Positions 18,105-26,603 of a stretch of 64,000 nucleotides of DNA are shown here, one piece after another (within the stretch, counting starts at the first letter, position 1; each line of letters starts with the position of its first letter). The position numbers were made by a program, and so were the translations under genes. A model generated the notes under the pieces. It did no database searches. It saw nothing but the letters and a program-made list of their open reading frames with translations, and had not been told where the DNA came from. This stretch comes from an uncultured virus (IMG/VR IMGVR_UViG_2788500287_000116) (taxonomy: Duplodnaviria; Heunggongvirae; Uroviricota; Caudoviricetes). Where the stretch lies: IMG/VR virus record IMGVR_UViG_2788500287_000116; one strand, 5' to 3'.

Positions 18105-19097
18105 TTATATTTTTGGATTAGATATATATTCTTGACATGAGTAGCACCAGAACTCTTGTACCGTNTCATCGTATTCTTGAACGCAGTCCCTTCCGCANCT
18201 TGGACAAGGCGGTGCATCATCATNATCAAATGTNTCTGTTGTGAAATCATCATCGTAAAAGTCCCATGCACGTGATTGTGATACACCGATTNTTTTTGGT
18301 TTATAGTTTGAGAAGTTGAATTGATTGTAGTTGTGGCGACTATCTTGTGGTGACCACTTGATTGGTTTTTTGATTGTATCAAATATTTCAATACACAACT
18401 GTCTCGTTAGCTCAACCTCGTCGACTTTGATATACTCTGTGTCTGTGTGAGGATTGTAGTAACCGCATGACATGTTTGCACCCATGATATCTAGCTTGGG
18501 TAGTATTTCACCAACGTCTGTGATACCACCAGTACAAATGTCACGTCCGTATTTTTTTAGTATGGGTTTGATNAGGTTGTGNTACTTGTCGTTGAATAAT
18601 TTTTTACCACTGATACTGTTNACAAAATCTTTGTAGCCACGTCTGTCACATTCTAGNACAGTTGTGCAGTCTTTGAAGAATGATAGTTCTGCGTGTGATG
18701 AGCCGACACAACCAGATTCTTCATCAAGAAAGAATACAGCTTTGAAGTTGTTGTAATGTCGTAGCATTTCTAGTGTAATNAATATACCAACTTTGTCGTC
18801 ACCACCAGTACCGATTTGTTCTTTGGTATGCATGTCGAATGCAACCATGATGTTTTCATGTTCGAATATGCGTGGTGATTTNGCAATGTTATGTACTGTG
18901 TCGATGTGGCATACCATACATGGATAATANTCTGCATGACCTTTNGCGCAGTATATANTGCCGTANCTGTCTTTTGTATATGTTAGNTGTAATTTGTCAA
19001 GCTCGTTGCAAATGTATTTAGCCATTCGTTGTGTCTGATACGTTTTGCTTTGTATTGCAAGTAGTTTCTTCAGACGATTCTTTCTCTTGATTTTCAT
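18105..19097 (-). CDS. M20/M28-family zinc peptidase with C-terminal Zn ribbon
   Basis: Motifs HIDTVH, GGDDKVG, DEESG and YYNPHT; C-terminal CPxC...CYSC. Confidence 0.85.
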   Translation of the reverse strand: MKIKRKNRLKKLLAIQSKTYQTQRMAKYICNELDKLXLTYTKDXYGXIYCXKGHAXYYPCMVCHIDTVHNIXKSPRIFEHENIMVAFDMHTKEQIGTGGDDKVGIXITLEMLRHYNNFKAVFFLDEESGCVGSSHAELSFFKDCTTXLECDRRGYKDFXNSISGKKLFNDKXHNXIKPILKKYGRDICTGGITDVGEILPKLDIMGANMSCGYYNPHTDTEYIKVDEVELTRQLCIEIFDTIKKPIKWSPQDSRHNYNQFNFSNYKPKXIGVSQSRAWDFYDDDFTTXTFDXDDAPPCPXCGRDCVQEYDXTVQEFWCYSCQEYISNPKI

Positions 19098-19148
19098 AAT
19101 TGATTCGTATTTGGTTCATAATAATTTTNGTTATCTCGCTTACGTGTT

Positions 19149-19379
19149 TCATACTTTACGTGGTTTAAATGTTAGTATTGCAGAGTGACTGGTTATGTCT
19201 GTATCATTTGGTGATAAACCTAACCCTGATTGTATTTCTTCACGAACACCTGTGAGCAAGAAACCACAACCTTTTGCAGCTGTNTTCTCGTCGGCAACGT
19301 ATACGTCTACGTTTGTACCCATTTTTTCAGACGTTTTTTTGATGGCTTGAAGCCATAGTATAAGATTATCTATTTTCAT
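19149..19379 (-). CDS. Hypothetical protein
   Basis: 76-aa ORF with an ATTATG start. Confidence 0.6.
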   Translation of the reverse strand: MKIDNLILWLQAIKKTSEKMGTNVDVYVADEXTAAKGCGFLLTGVREEIQSGLGLSPNDTDITSHSAILTFKPRKV

Positions 19380-19671
19380 AATATATATCTTTTAGAATGT
19401 TAGGCGAGTTGTATAGCATGATTGTGATNAGGTATAACATACCGCAGAACACAGGGGACAATGCGAGAATGAGAAACAATTCGAGAGAGAATATTAGTCG
19501 CATTAGAAACCCTGTGATGCCTGCGATAGCCAAACCAAATAACAAACCTGTTATTGTCGCAATGATTTTGTTTGCCGTCTTTGTTTTGTTTACGGTGATT
19601 ACGGTGACACCGTGTTTGTTTTTTCTGTGTGATATAGTCACACCTGTCGAAAGTTTTTTGGTTTTAGACAT
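19366..19671 (-). CDS. Two-TM membrane protein
   Basis: Two hydrophobic segments after a basic N-terminus. Confidence 0.6.
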   Translation of the reverse strand: MSKTKKLSTGVTISHRKNKHGVTVITVNKTKTANKIIATITGLLFGLAIAGITGFLMRLIFSLELFLILALSPVFCGMLYXITIMLYNSPNILKDIYYENR

Positions 19672-19693
19672 GATAGTAATATTAATTGGTTAG

Positions 19694-19764
19694 TAGCGCG
19701 TGCAGGGAACGAACCTGCATTTTCACCGTGAAAGGGTGACGTCCTGACATTAGACGAACGCGCC
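19694..19764 (-). tRNA. tRNA-Glu(UUC), atypical D- and T-loops
   Basis: Acceptor GGCGCGT/ACGCGCT, D stem GTC/GAC, anticodon arm TCACC-CTTTCAC-GGTGA, T arm GCAGG-TTCGTTC-CCTGC. No encoded CCA. Confidence 0.88.
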
Positions 19765-19769
19765 ATGTT

Positions 19770-19879
19770 CTCTAGTAATGCGAACGAAGTGAGGAATATT
19801 TGAGGCCGCTCACAACGTNCGACTTACACTACTAGAGCATACAACACGGAATTGCACCGATATCATATTTAGTTGTATG
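19770..19879 (-). ncRNA. Candidate structured RNA (two hairpins) upstream of the tRNA
   Basis: 11-bp stem 19770-19780/19827-19837 with inner helices; 8-bp stem 19838-19845/19872-19879. Confidence 0.45.
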
Positions 19880-19887
19880 ATGCATNA

Positions 19888-20190
19888 TTAGAAAGGTAAG
19901 GAAGCAAGCTCTGCTTGCGAATACCTTTTCTGTAACAATTGCATTGCAATGTTCTCGTTGTTTTGTTCATCGAAGCGTTGTTCAAGAACCCATGCTTCAA
20001 CAGAAGCTTTGGTGATGCCCTTGGATGTCGCATCGATACGAGTGTACATTTTTGGAAGTACTGTGTCGGCAATGTAATCTTGACCCAAAAGTGTTAGGTT
20101 TTTCACGATGTATGCTTTTTCAGTTTCCATGCTGATTGTGAACTCAACAGCAACTGGCTTGTCGAGTGCTACTTGATTTGATTTTGACAT
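19888..20190 (-). CDS. Hypothetical early protein (ETEKA motif, C-terminal LPF)
   Basis: The ATG at 20190 has an ATTATTATG context. The track's longer start runs back into the terminator. Confidence 0.65.
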   Translation of the reverse strand: MSKSNQVALDKPVAVEFTISMETEKAYIVKNLTLLGQDYIADTVLPKMYTRIDATSKGITKASVEAWVLEQRFDEQNNENIAMQLLQKRYSQAELASLPF

Positions 20191-20280
20191 AATAATAAAT
20201 TTAGTACAGAGAACTAGTAAACTCTGTGTTAGTAATCTAGTTTTTAAAAAAAATTCATAAAGAAATTGTTCGAAGAACAT

Positions 20281-20306
20281 AAAAAAAAGAGGGGCAAAGC
20301 CCCTCT
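20281..20306 (-). terminator. Intrinsic terminator
   Basis: AGAGGGGC-TTT-GCCCCTCT followed by a long U tract. Confidence 0.85.
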
Positions 20307-20311
20307 AATTC

Positions 20312-20887
20312 TTACTGATACTCTGGGTTATCAATTTCCCATTGCGCTAGTGCAGGTTCAATTGAGTTGAAACCCATGTTGACCCTGTCCTCCATGTAAT
20401 CAAAGAGCTCCTGCTCGTGAGATAGAAGGCAAGTTTGTTCAGCAACGGATGTTGGATTGTCGTCGTTGTGAAAGTATTCTTCATCGACGACTGGTACAGC
20501 TGTGAACTTGAGCTCAAATGTACGCATCAACCATGTAGGAATNTAGACGACAAATCTATCAATCATAGTGTAGTAAGTTTGCACTTTACCGTCAACCAAA
20601 CGTGATTTGAAGTTGGATACATTACGAGTGTTGTAATCGTCAATGACCATAGATTCAGTGATGAGGTTTTGTGGAAACTCTACATATGATTGTGAATGGT
20701 GTTTCCATTCAATAGTACGTTGCGTGGTACCAGACTCGTTCCATGAGATTGGTATCCATTTGTTCTTGTACTGTTTCTTGCCGTCCAACGAAGTTGGATT
20801 GACAATGAACATTGATTTGCGCGACTTGGAACCGATGATAGATACTACCATAGGAACCGATTTGTAACTTGATTTGTAAGTTTTCAT
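20312..20887 (-). CDS. First gene of the early arm, hypothetical
   Basis: 191-aa ORF with an A/U-rich leader and a terminator downstream. Confidence 0.7.
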   Translation of the reverse strand: MKTYKSSYKSVPMVVSIIGSKSRKSMFIVNPTSLDGKKQYKNKWIPISWNESGTTQRTIEWKHHSQSYVEFPQNLITESMVIDDYNTRNVSNFKSRLVDGKVQTYYTMIDRFVVXIPTWLMRTFELKFTAVPVVDEEYFHNDDNPTSVAEQTCLLSHEQELFDYMEDRVNMGFNSIEPALAQWEIDNPEYQ

Positions 20888-21725
20888 AATATAAAATTTA
20901 AATTAATTGTAAGTGACTCTCACTTACACACGTGGAAGTGTAACAGGATTCGAAATAAATTGTGTCAAGGGCGAGCTTGCTCGCTTGTATACCCTTGACA
21001 TTTTTATTTGAACTCCTGTATTTTTGCAAAAACAGNNCNNNAAGCNNCNNATTTGTATTGCTTCNATGCATGCTTAGCATGCTNCNGAAAGATGCAAATT
21101 TTTTGCTACGTGTGTGTGAGAAGATGAACGGAATATCCGAGACAAGTAGAGGTTCCCTCCTGCGCTTGCGCAGACTTGTCGAGAAAATAAATAATACAGA
21201 ATGATATGGTTGTGAGTGCACAATGAAGAACTGGAACGGTATGAGCGATGTGCTGAGCGTAGCTCGAACACAGCGAATATAGTGTAAGTTTGGAATTGAC
21301 AACGAGCAAATTTATTGAAGATATGATGTGATACCTTTGACACGTGATACTATTCATGGAAGACGCGAAGCGTATTGGGGTACAAATGTTTANGTTNTTG
21401 AAATGGATAGGGGTGGTTATCGAATGATTGTGAACACAAGAGAGAGATAAATTATAAAATACCGAAAGAACTTGTTTCTTGAGACCGCTTCAAAGAGTGT
21501 ATTTTTTCAAAGGCTACAAAAAAAGGTAAAAAATTTNGAGATATGTAAAAAAGATAGCAAGGGGGTGGGGTTAGAAAAAGCAGTTTGCAAGTATGCTATA
21601 GGTGTATAAATAGTATGTTACCCAAACACTACGTATATCTGGTGGCCTAAAAACTTCAAAGCTTATAACTATATAATATAGTGTCCATTAATTTACAGGA
21701 ATGCGCCACATTAATTATTTTTACC

Positions 21726-21733
21726 TATATTTG
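21726..21733 (+). promoter_or_regulatory. -7 promoter box TATATTTG
   Basis: TAnnTTTG at the head of the plus arm. Confidence 0.6.
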
Positions 21734-21762
21734 TAGTATGTTAGATACCTCAACGCAGACAT

Positions 21763-21927
21763 ATGAGCAAATTAGTTACAGCGCTGATGCGAGAAATTGT
21801 ACGGTTGAAACTGTCGAAGGCGGACAAATTGCATATACAATTGTTACAGCAAAAGATTGATAAATTGGTGCGACAAGCAAGTGACACGCAAGCGACAGAC
21901 AGAAACTCCTCATCTTCAAATAGTTAG
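21763..21927 (+). CDS. Possible small protein (54 aa, MSKLVTALMREIVRLK...)
   Basis: Helical-looking ORF downstream of the promoter; overlaps an alternative 40-aa frame starting at 21738. Confidence 0.35.
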   Translation: MSKLVTALMREIVRLKLSKADKLHIQLLQQKIDKLVRQASDTQATDRNSSSSNS

Positions 21928-22029
21928 ATGCGGAAAACTCATGCTCATATAAAAACTTAAGGTAAATCGACATACATAATAATATATAGTTTATATAAAC
22001 TATAAAAAGAAGTATAAAAATATAATTAA

Positions 22030-23637
22030 ATGATTGAAAAAAACATAAGTTTTGACGATGCTGGTCGAAACTCTCTGAAAGTTGGGATAGATACACTTTC
22101 CCAGGCGGTGGCCTCAACCCTAGGGGCATCAGGAAAAACCGTAATAATCGAAGACCAATTTGGAAACCCACATATTACAAAAGACGGAGTGACCGTAGCT
22201 AATTCTGTAATACTATCAGACCCTGTGGAAAACTTAGGAGTCAGTATTTTGAGACAAGCTTCACAAAAAACCGCCACGGAGGCTGGTGATGGNACAACAA
22301 CTTCATGTGTATTAGCAAAAGCTATCATAGATAGATGTTTTGATGCTATAGATTCAATAGAAAACGTTACACAAGCAAAAGAAGGTATTGAGGTAGCAGC
22401 TAAAAATGTGGTTTTGGCACTAGAAAAAATGAAAAANGAAGTAACAGACAAGAGTTTGGTTGAGGTTGCAACAATATCGGCAAATGGCGACAAGTATCTT
22501 GGTGAAATGATAGCTGACGCATATTTNCAAGTAGGAAAAAATGGTGTGGTAACTATGGATGAGTCGCCTACCAATGATGATTACACTGAAATAACNAATG
22601 GAACTCGTATAAATAGAGGATATGGTACTCCATTTTCAATAAATAACTTAAGAAACAAGTCAGTTGAGTTTCAAAACCCACTTATTGTAATAAGTGATAC
22701 AAAANTAGACATGCATGAAAGACTGCATTTTGCCTTTGAAGCCTCTATNAAACAAAAAAGACCTCTACTTATCATCTCAGAACTTGATGATAGGGTAAAA
22801 TTATTCATTACGCAGAATATTAATAAGAAAAATTTGACTGGTAACTTCATTACCCCAGAGGGAATAGGTATAAAACGCCTAGAATTGCTGCAAGATTTGT
22901 GTGTAATGACTGGAGCGAAGCTAATTTCTGAAATGTCAGGTGATTCTGCTCAAAATATTGACGCATCTTACCTTGGAACGTGTAAAACTATGATTTCAGA
23001 CAGCACAGAAACCATTTTAGTCTTTGAAAAAGAAGAAAATCAGAAGAAAAATGACATAATTGAGTGGTTGAAGGCTGAAATTAAGCTTACAAAGAATAAA
23101 ACTAATAAATGGCACCTACAAGATAGGTTGTCTAAACTTGCTGGTGGCGTTGCTACTATAAAATTAGCTGGAAACTCAGAAGTAGAGCTAAAAGAAAAGA
23201 AAGATAGGGTTGATGACTCTATCCATGCAACCAAAGCAGCATTAGAAGAAGGAATTGTTGCTGGTGGAGGAATTGCACTTATGAGATGTGCTCAAAAAAA
23301 ATTCCGCAAAAAACCTCCGCGAGTCAGTTCCGCATCATTCCTGAAGGGATATAGTATTGTTTATGACTCACTACAAGACGTATTTAAAAAGATTGTCGAA
23401 AACAGTGGTGAAGAACCAGATTCAATTTATGGAATATGTGCGCAAGCAAAGGATAGGTATGGATATGATGTAAAAAACAAAAAATTTGGTGATATGTATA
23501 GAATGGGGATTATTGACCCATTTAAAGTCACCAAGAACGCAGTACTTAACGCAGCATCAGTTGCTGGAATAATTCTAACAACTTCCTGTGTTATTTCAAA
23601 CAAAAGAGTAAAAAAAGAAGATATAATTAAAAATTAA
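22030..23637 (+). CDS. groEL: Chaperonin GroEL (phage-encoded)
   Basis: Motifs TLG, TKDGVTVA, AGDGTTT (codon ggn), KLAGGVA and EKKDRVDD...ALEEGIVAGGG. No GGM tail. Confidence 0.97.
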   Translation: MIEKNISFDDAGRNSLKVGIDTLSQAVASTLGASGKTVIIEDQFGNPHITKDGVTVANSVILSDPVENLGVSILRQASQKTATEAGDXTTTSCVLAKAIIDRCFDAIDSIENVTQAKEGIEVAAKNVVLALEKMKXEVTDKSLVEVATISANGDKYLGEMIADAYXQVGKNGVVTMDESPTNDDYTEIXNGTRINRGYGTPFSINNLRNKSVEFQNPLIVISDTKXDMHERLHFAFEASXKQKRPLLIISELDDRVKLFITQNINKKNLTGNFITPEGIGIKRLELLQDLCVMTGAKLISEMSGDSAQNIDASYLGTCKTMISDSTETILVFEKEENQKKNDIIEWLKAEIKLTKNKTNKWHLQDRLSKLAGGVATIKLAGNSEVELKEKKDRVDDSIHATKAALEEGIVAGGGIALMRCAQKKFRKKPPRVSSASFLKGYSIVYDSLQDVFKKIVENSGEEPDSIYGICAQAKDRYGYDVKNKKFGDMYRMGIIDPFKVTKNAVLNAASVAGIILTTSCVISNKRVKKEDIIKN

Positions 23638-23641
23638 AATT

Positions 23642-23854
23642 ATGCCAAAACATGAACATCACCCTTTCGAAAACCAAATATTTGGACATTTCAGAAAGGA
23701 AGCAAAAAAAGTTAATGGAGCTATTAAGCTTCTAGCAAGACAAGGCTATACTGTAATAGACTTAGAAGGTCAAATTATTACAAAATGGAATATTGATGAT
23801 GAAGAAAGGCCAAACATAAGTTATAAAAGAGCGCCAAAACTACCGCAAACATAA
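23642..23854 (+). CDS. Hypothetical protein between groEL and groES
   Basis: 70-aa ORF, TAATG-coupled to groES. Confidence 0.65.
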   Translation: MPKHEHHPFENQIFGHFRKEAKKVNGAIKLLARQGYTVIDLEGQIITKWNIDDEERPNISYKRAPKLPQT

Positions 23855-24132
23855 TGAAGGCAGTAGGTAAGTTTATAATTGTACAAGACGACGAAGTTGT
23901 GCAAAAAAATGAATTAGGTCTTATAATTACACAAGACTCTGATATAAACATACGATACGTAATTGGAAAAGTAATTACTGTTGGAGGTGAGGTGAAAGAA
24001 GTTGAAGCTGGTGATTTCGTCTATTTTGATAAAGTTGCTGGCTCTAACTTTAGATTCAAAGGTAAAAAGTTAAAAGCAATAAGGGAGCAAGATGTGGTCG
24101 TAACAATGAAGGATGTTAATACCGCTATTTGA
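23854..24132 (+). CDS. groES: Co-chaperonin GroES
   Basis: Motifs GLII (mobile loop), GKVITVG, VEAGDFVYF and IREQDVV. Confidence 0.9.
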   Translation: MKAVGKFIIVQDDEVVQKNELGLIITQDSDINIRYVIGKVITVGGEVKEVEAGDFVYFDKVAGSNFRFKGKKLKAIREQDVVVTMKDVNTAI

Positions 24133-24859
24133 TTATGAACCACATAGAATTATCATGGAATCTTATTTTAGGTTTGATGGTAAACAATACCTATATTTTC
24201 CAAAAGGCGTAAGATATTATAAGCTTTATAGAACTACACGAAAGATAAATTCGTTTAATGAGCTAAAATATATAGCAGAAAAGTTTTTATACTTAAATCC
24301 TGACTTTGATATAGATTTAATGAAAAAACTATTCATACAGCTATCGGATAGAGGAAACGGACACATTATACGAACTTATGGAGATGAGCGTGTAGAGAGC
24401 ATGATAGACGCTGTAGATAGGCAAAGACCACTACCTTATTGTCCTAGATACAGAAAAATCATATTTAATCCTGGAAAAAGGATATCTAGAGCAGATAAAA
24501 TGAAAATTGTAGGAAAGCTAATCAATGCAAAAGAAAAACCTACAAAACAAGAGCTTGACCAAATAATTCAAGAACTTTGGACTGAAAATATAAAAATTAC
24601 AATATCTGAAGTTTCAAAGAGAGCAAAGTGCTCTAGATACATGGTTGGCTGGTATTTTGACGAAAACAAGAAAAATGAAGTCAAAAACCTCAACGAAATG
24701 ATAAGAGAAACCTATTTGATATCAAAAGCTATCGAAGCTATAGATATTTTAACTGAAGGCGGAAATAAAATNAAAATGAGAGAGCTNAAAAAAATTACCT
24801 CTATCCGAGACTACGCGTTACTGAAAAATGCAGTTAAAAAATATGAAGACGCTATCTAG
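24113..24859 (+). CDS. Hypothetical DNA-binding protein with C-terminal HTH
   Basis: ITISEVSKRAKCSRYMVGWYF resembles an HTH. Confidence 0.55.
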   Translation: MLIPLFDYEPHRIIMESYFRFDGKQYLYFPKGVRYYKLYRTTRKINSFNELKYIAEKFLYLNPDFDIDLMKKLFIQLSDRGNGHIIRTYGDERVESMIDAVDRQRPLPYCPRYRKIIFNPGKRISRADKMKIVGKLINAKEKPTKQELDQIIQELWTENIKITISEVSKRAKCSRYMVGWYFDENKKNEVKNLNEMIRETYLISKAIEAIDILTEGGNKXKMREXKKITSIRDYALLKNAVKKYEDAI

Positions 24860-25319
24860 CGTTCATCTTTTCAATAATGCTTCTGTAAACCTTATCAGTG
24901 TAAGTTTCTTTTTTAAATATAGGATTCAAACGTGGATTTTCAGATATCAACTCCTCTTGAGTTAGTTTTTTATATGTAATCGAGCAAATAGACTTACCCA
25001 GGTGTGTAAGCTCATATAATTTACCTCTTGCATACTTACCTGAGTCAGTTCTCCATTGTTTTATCAAACCCTTATCCATCATGCTCTTGAATCTTTTTTT
25101 ATCCCATGACATAGAGTTTTCATAGTATTTGAATTCTTCTTTCTTAAAAAACGGAACATCATATAAAAAAAGGAGCATGTCTAATTCAGAAGAAGATATA
25201 TCATACTTTCTTTTTACATAGTACCTAACAACCCTTAAGTATTTTAAAAAATTAAATTTTCGTTCTCTTGGCTGAACTCTGTCTTTCTTTCTGATATTAA
25301 CTTTTGTCAAAATATTCAA
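24852..25319 (-). CDS. MarR-like winged-helix protein (start uncertain)
   Basis: SSSELDMLLFLY...DKGLIK...LYELTHLGK; the only convincing minus-strand gene in the plus arm. Confidence 0.65.
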   Translation of the reverse strand: MNILTKVNIRKKDRVQPRERKFNFLKYLRVVRYYVKRKYDISSSELDMLLFLYDVPFFKKEEFKYYENSMSWDKKRFKSMMDKGLIKQWRTDSGKYARGKLYELTHLGKSICSITYKKLTQEELISENPRLNPIFKKETYTDKVYRSIIEKMNAR

Positions 25320-25332
25320 TTAGATTTTTATT

Positions 25333-25340
25333 TATCTTTG
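25333..25340 (+). promoter_or_regulatory. -7 promoter box TATCTTTG
   Basis: Intergenic TAnnTTTG. Confidence 0.6.
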
Positions 25341-25365
25341 TTACAAAATAACGAAATTTTATTTT

Positions 25366-26601
25366 ATGAGTCGCCATAATAAAAGAAACAAAAACAAAGA
25401 CCCTTTTTTCGCAGGGAGATTTGATGATGAGTTCGTATCGAAGTACGGAGCATATATGAACCCTGAAGGTCAAATGGTAGATTTAAATAAAATTTACGGA
25501 AGGATTGGTCAAAATACATCTAGAATAGGGNCAGGNAATGCTACAGTTGTAGGAANTAGATTTGCTAGCGGTAATTACTATGGAAATGCAGGCGCAGGAA
25601 CAGGAGGAAACGTGGGGGCTGATATGGATGGAGACGGATTTTTTGACAATAATCCTCAACTAGAATCTTATTTTCAAGGATACTCAAGAATGATGGAAGG
25701 CTATGCAGGTGCTGAACAAATGATTGGCCAAGCAGAGTTTGCAATTCAAGGATTAAACGAAAAATATACAGATATAATAAATAAAAATGCAGGTATATTA
25801 GCTATGTCGGCATCAAATGCTATGATGGGTACATCTCCCATGTATAGTAAAGAAGAAATAGAAAATGCAAAAAATGCATTGATTCAGGCTGAACAAGATT
25901 ACAAAAGTGAAATAAGTGGCATCACAACTAAGTTTGGTACAGAGGCATACAACTTTAAAAAGAATTTTTATTCAGAAGCATTCCCATTTATAAACGCAGC
26001 ATTTGAAGGGGATAACATGACTCGTTTTATAGGTGGTGGAGATGACTTTTACTATAGAACTGCATACGCACCTGACTTATTAGACCAAATAACAAGATTT
26101 GATATTCATGGTACAGCAAGAGACCAGTTCAAACCAAAAGTACCTTTATTGTATGGAGATGATGAACTTTACACAAACCTATACGATGCTAGGGGGCTTT
26201 CCAATACTCATATGAGACAAGAAATAGAAGATGCTGCAAATGAAAATAGACCTATCAATGAAGAAAACTTTTTGTATGACTCTGAAACAGGAGGTATCAG
26301 GCCTGCAGGTCTAACAAATGTATATAACATTGAAGCTTATGCCCCTGGTAAAGGTATGGGATACAAATCGCCTGCTTCAGCTGTAGGAGTAAAAACCAAA
26401 CCGTTTGCTGACATGAACTTGTTTACAGACCCTAATTTCCTAGACAAGTATGGTGTAAACAATGATGAAGACCACGACTACGTAGCACCTACAGAACCTA
26501 GGTGGAATATCTCTACAGATGCATATGACGCTAGGTTTAAGGAAGTTGAAAAGGCTGAGTATGATAGTCGACGAGTAAACCAAACTTTTAGAAGAAATTA
26601 A
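25366..26601 (+). CDS. Hypothetical protein (Gly-rich, DMDGDG motif)
   Basis: 411-aa ORF. Confidence 0.65.
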   Translation: MSRHNKRNKNKDPFFAGRFDDEFVSKYGAYMNPEGQMVDLNKIYGRIGQNTSRIGXXNATVVGXRFASGNYYGNAGAGTGGNVGADMDGDGFFDNNPQLESYFQGYSRMMEGYAGAEQMIGQAEFAIQGLNEKYTDIINKNAGILAMSASNAMMGTSPMYSKEEIENAKNALIQAEQDYKSEISGITTKFGTEAYNFKKNFYSEAFPFINAAFEGDNMTRFIGGGDDFYYRTAYAPDLLDQITRFDIHGTARDQFKPKVPLLYGDDELYTNLYDARGLSNTHMRQEIEDAANENRPINEENFLYDSETGGIRPAGLTNVYNIEAYAPGKGMGYKSPASAVGVKTKPFADMNLFTDPNFLDKYGVNNDEDHDYVAPTEPRWNISTDAYDARFKEVEKAEYDSRRVNQTFRRN

Positions 26602-26603
26602 TT

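Larger units (their letters stand above)
20888..22029. other. Divergent control region with multiple hairpins, a G tract, 11-bp repeats and an AT-rich palindrome (probable genome ends and/or origin)
   Basis: Strand switch point and the largest non-coding gap; many short GC-rich palindromes. Confidence 0.6.

Noticed and set aside
18068..18391. 107-aa alternate-frame ORF
   Set aside because: Lies almost entirely within the peptidase gene and shows no motifs.
20898..21357. Four overlapping track ORFs in the control region
   Set aside because: They are mutually overlapping, lack good start contexts and coincide with palindromic DNA, so they are likely spurious.
21776..22574. Minus-strand ORFs of 131 and 182 aa
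   Set aside because: Antisense shadows of groEL and its upstream region.
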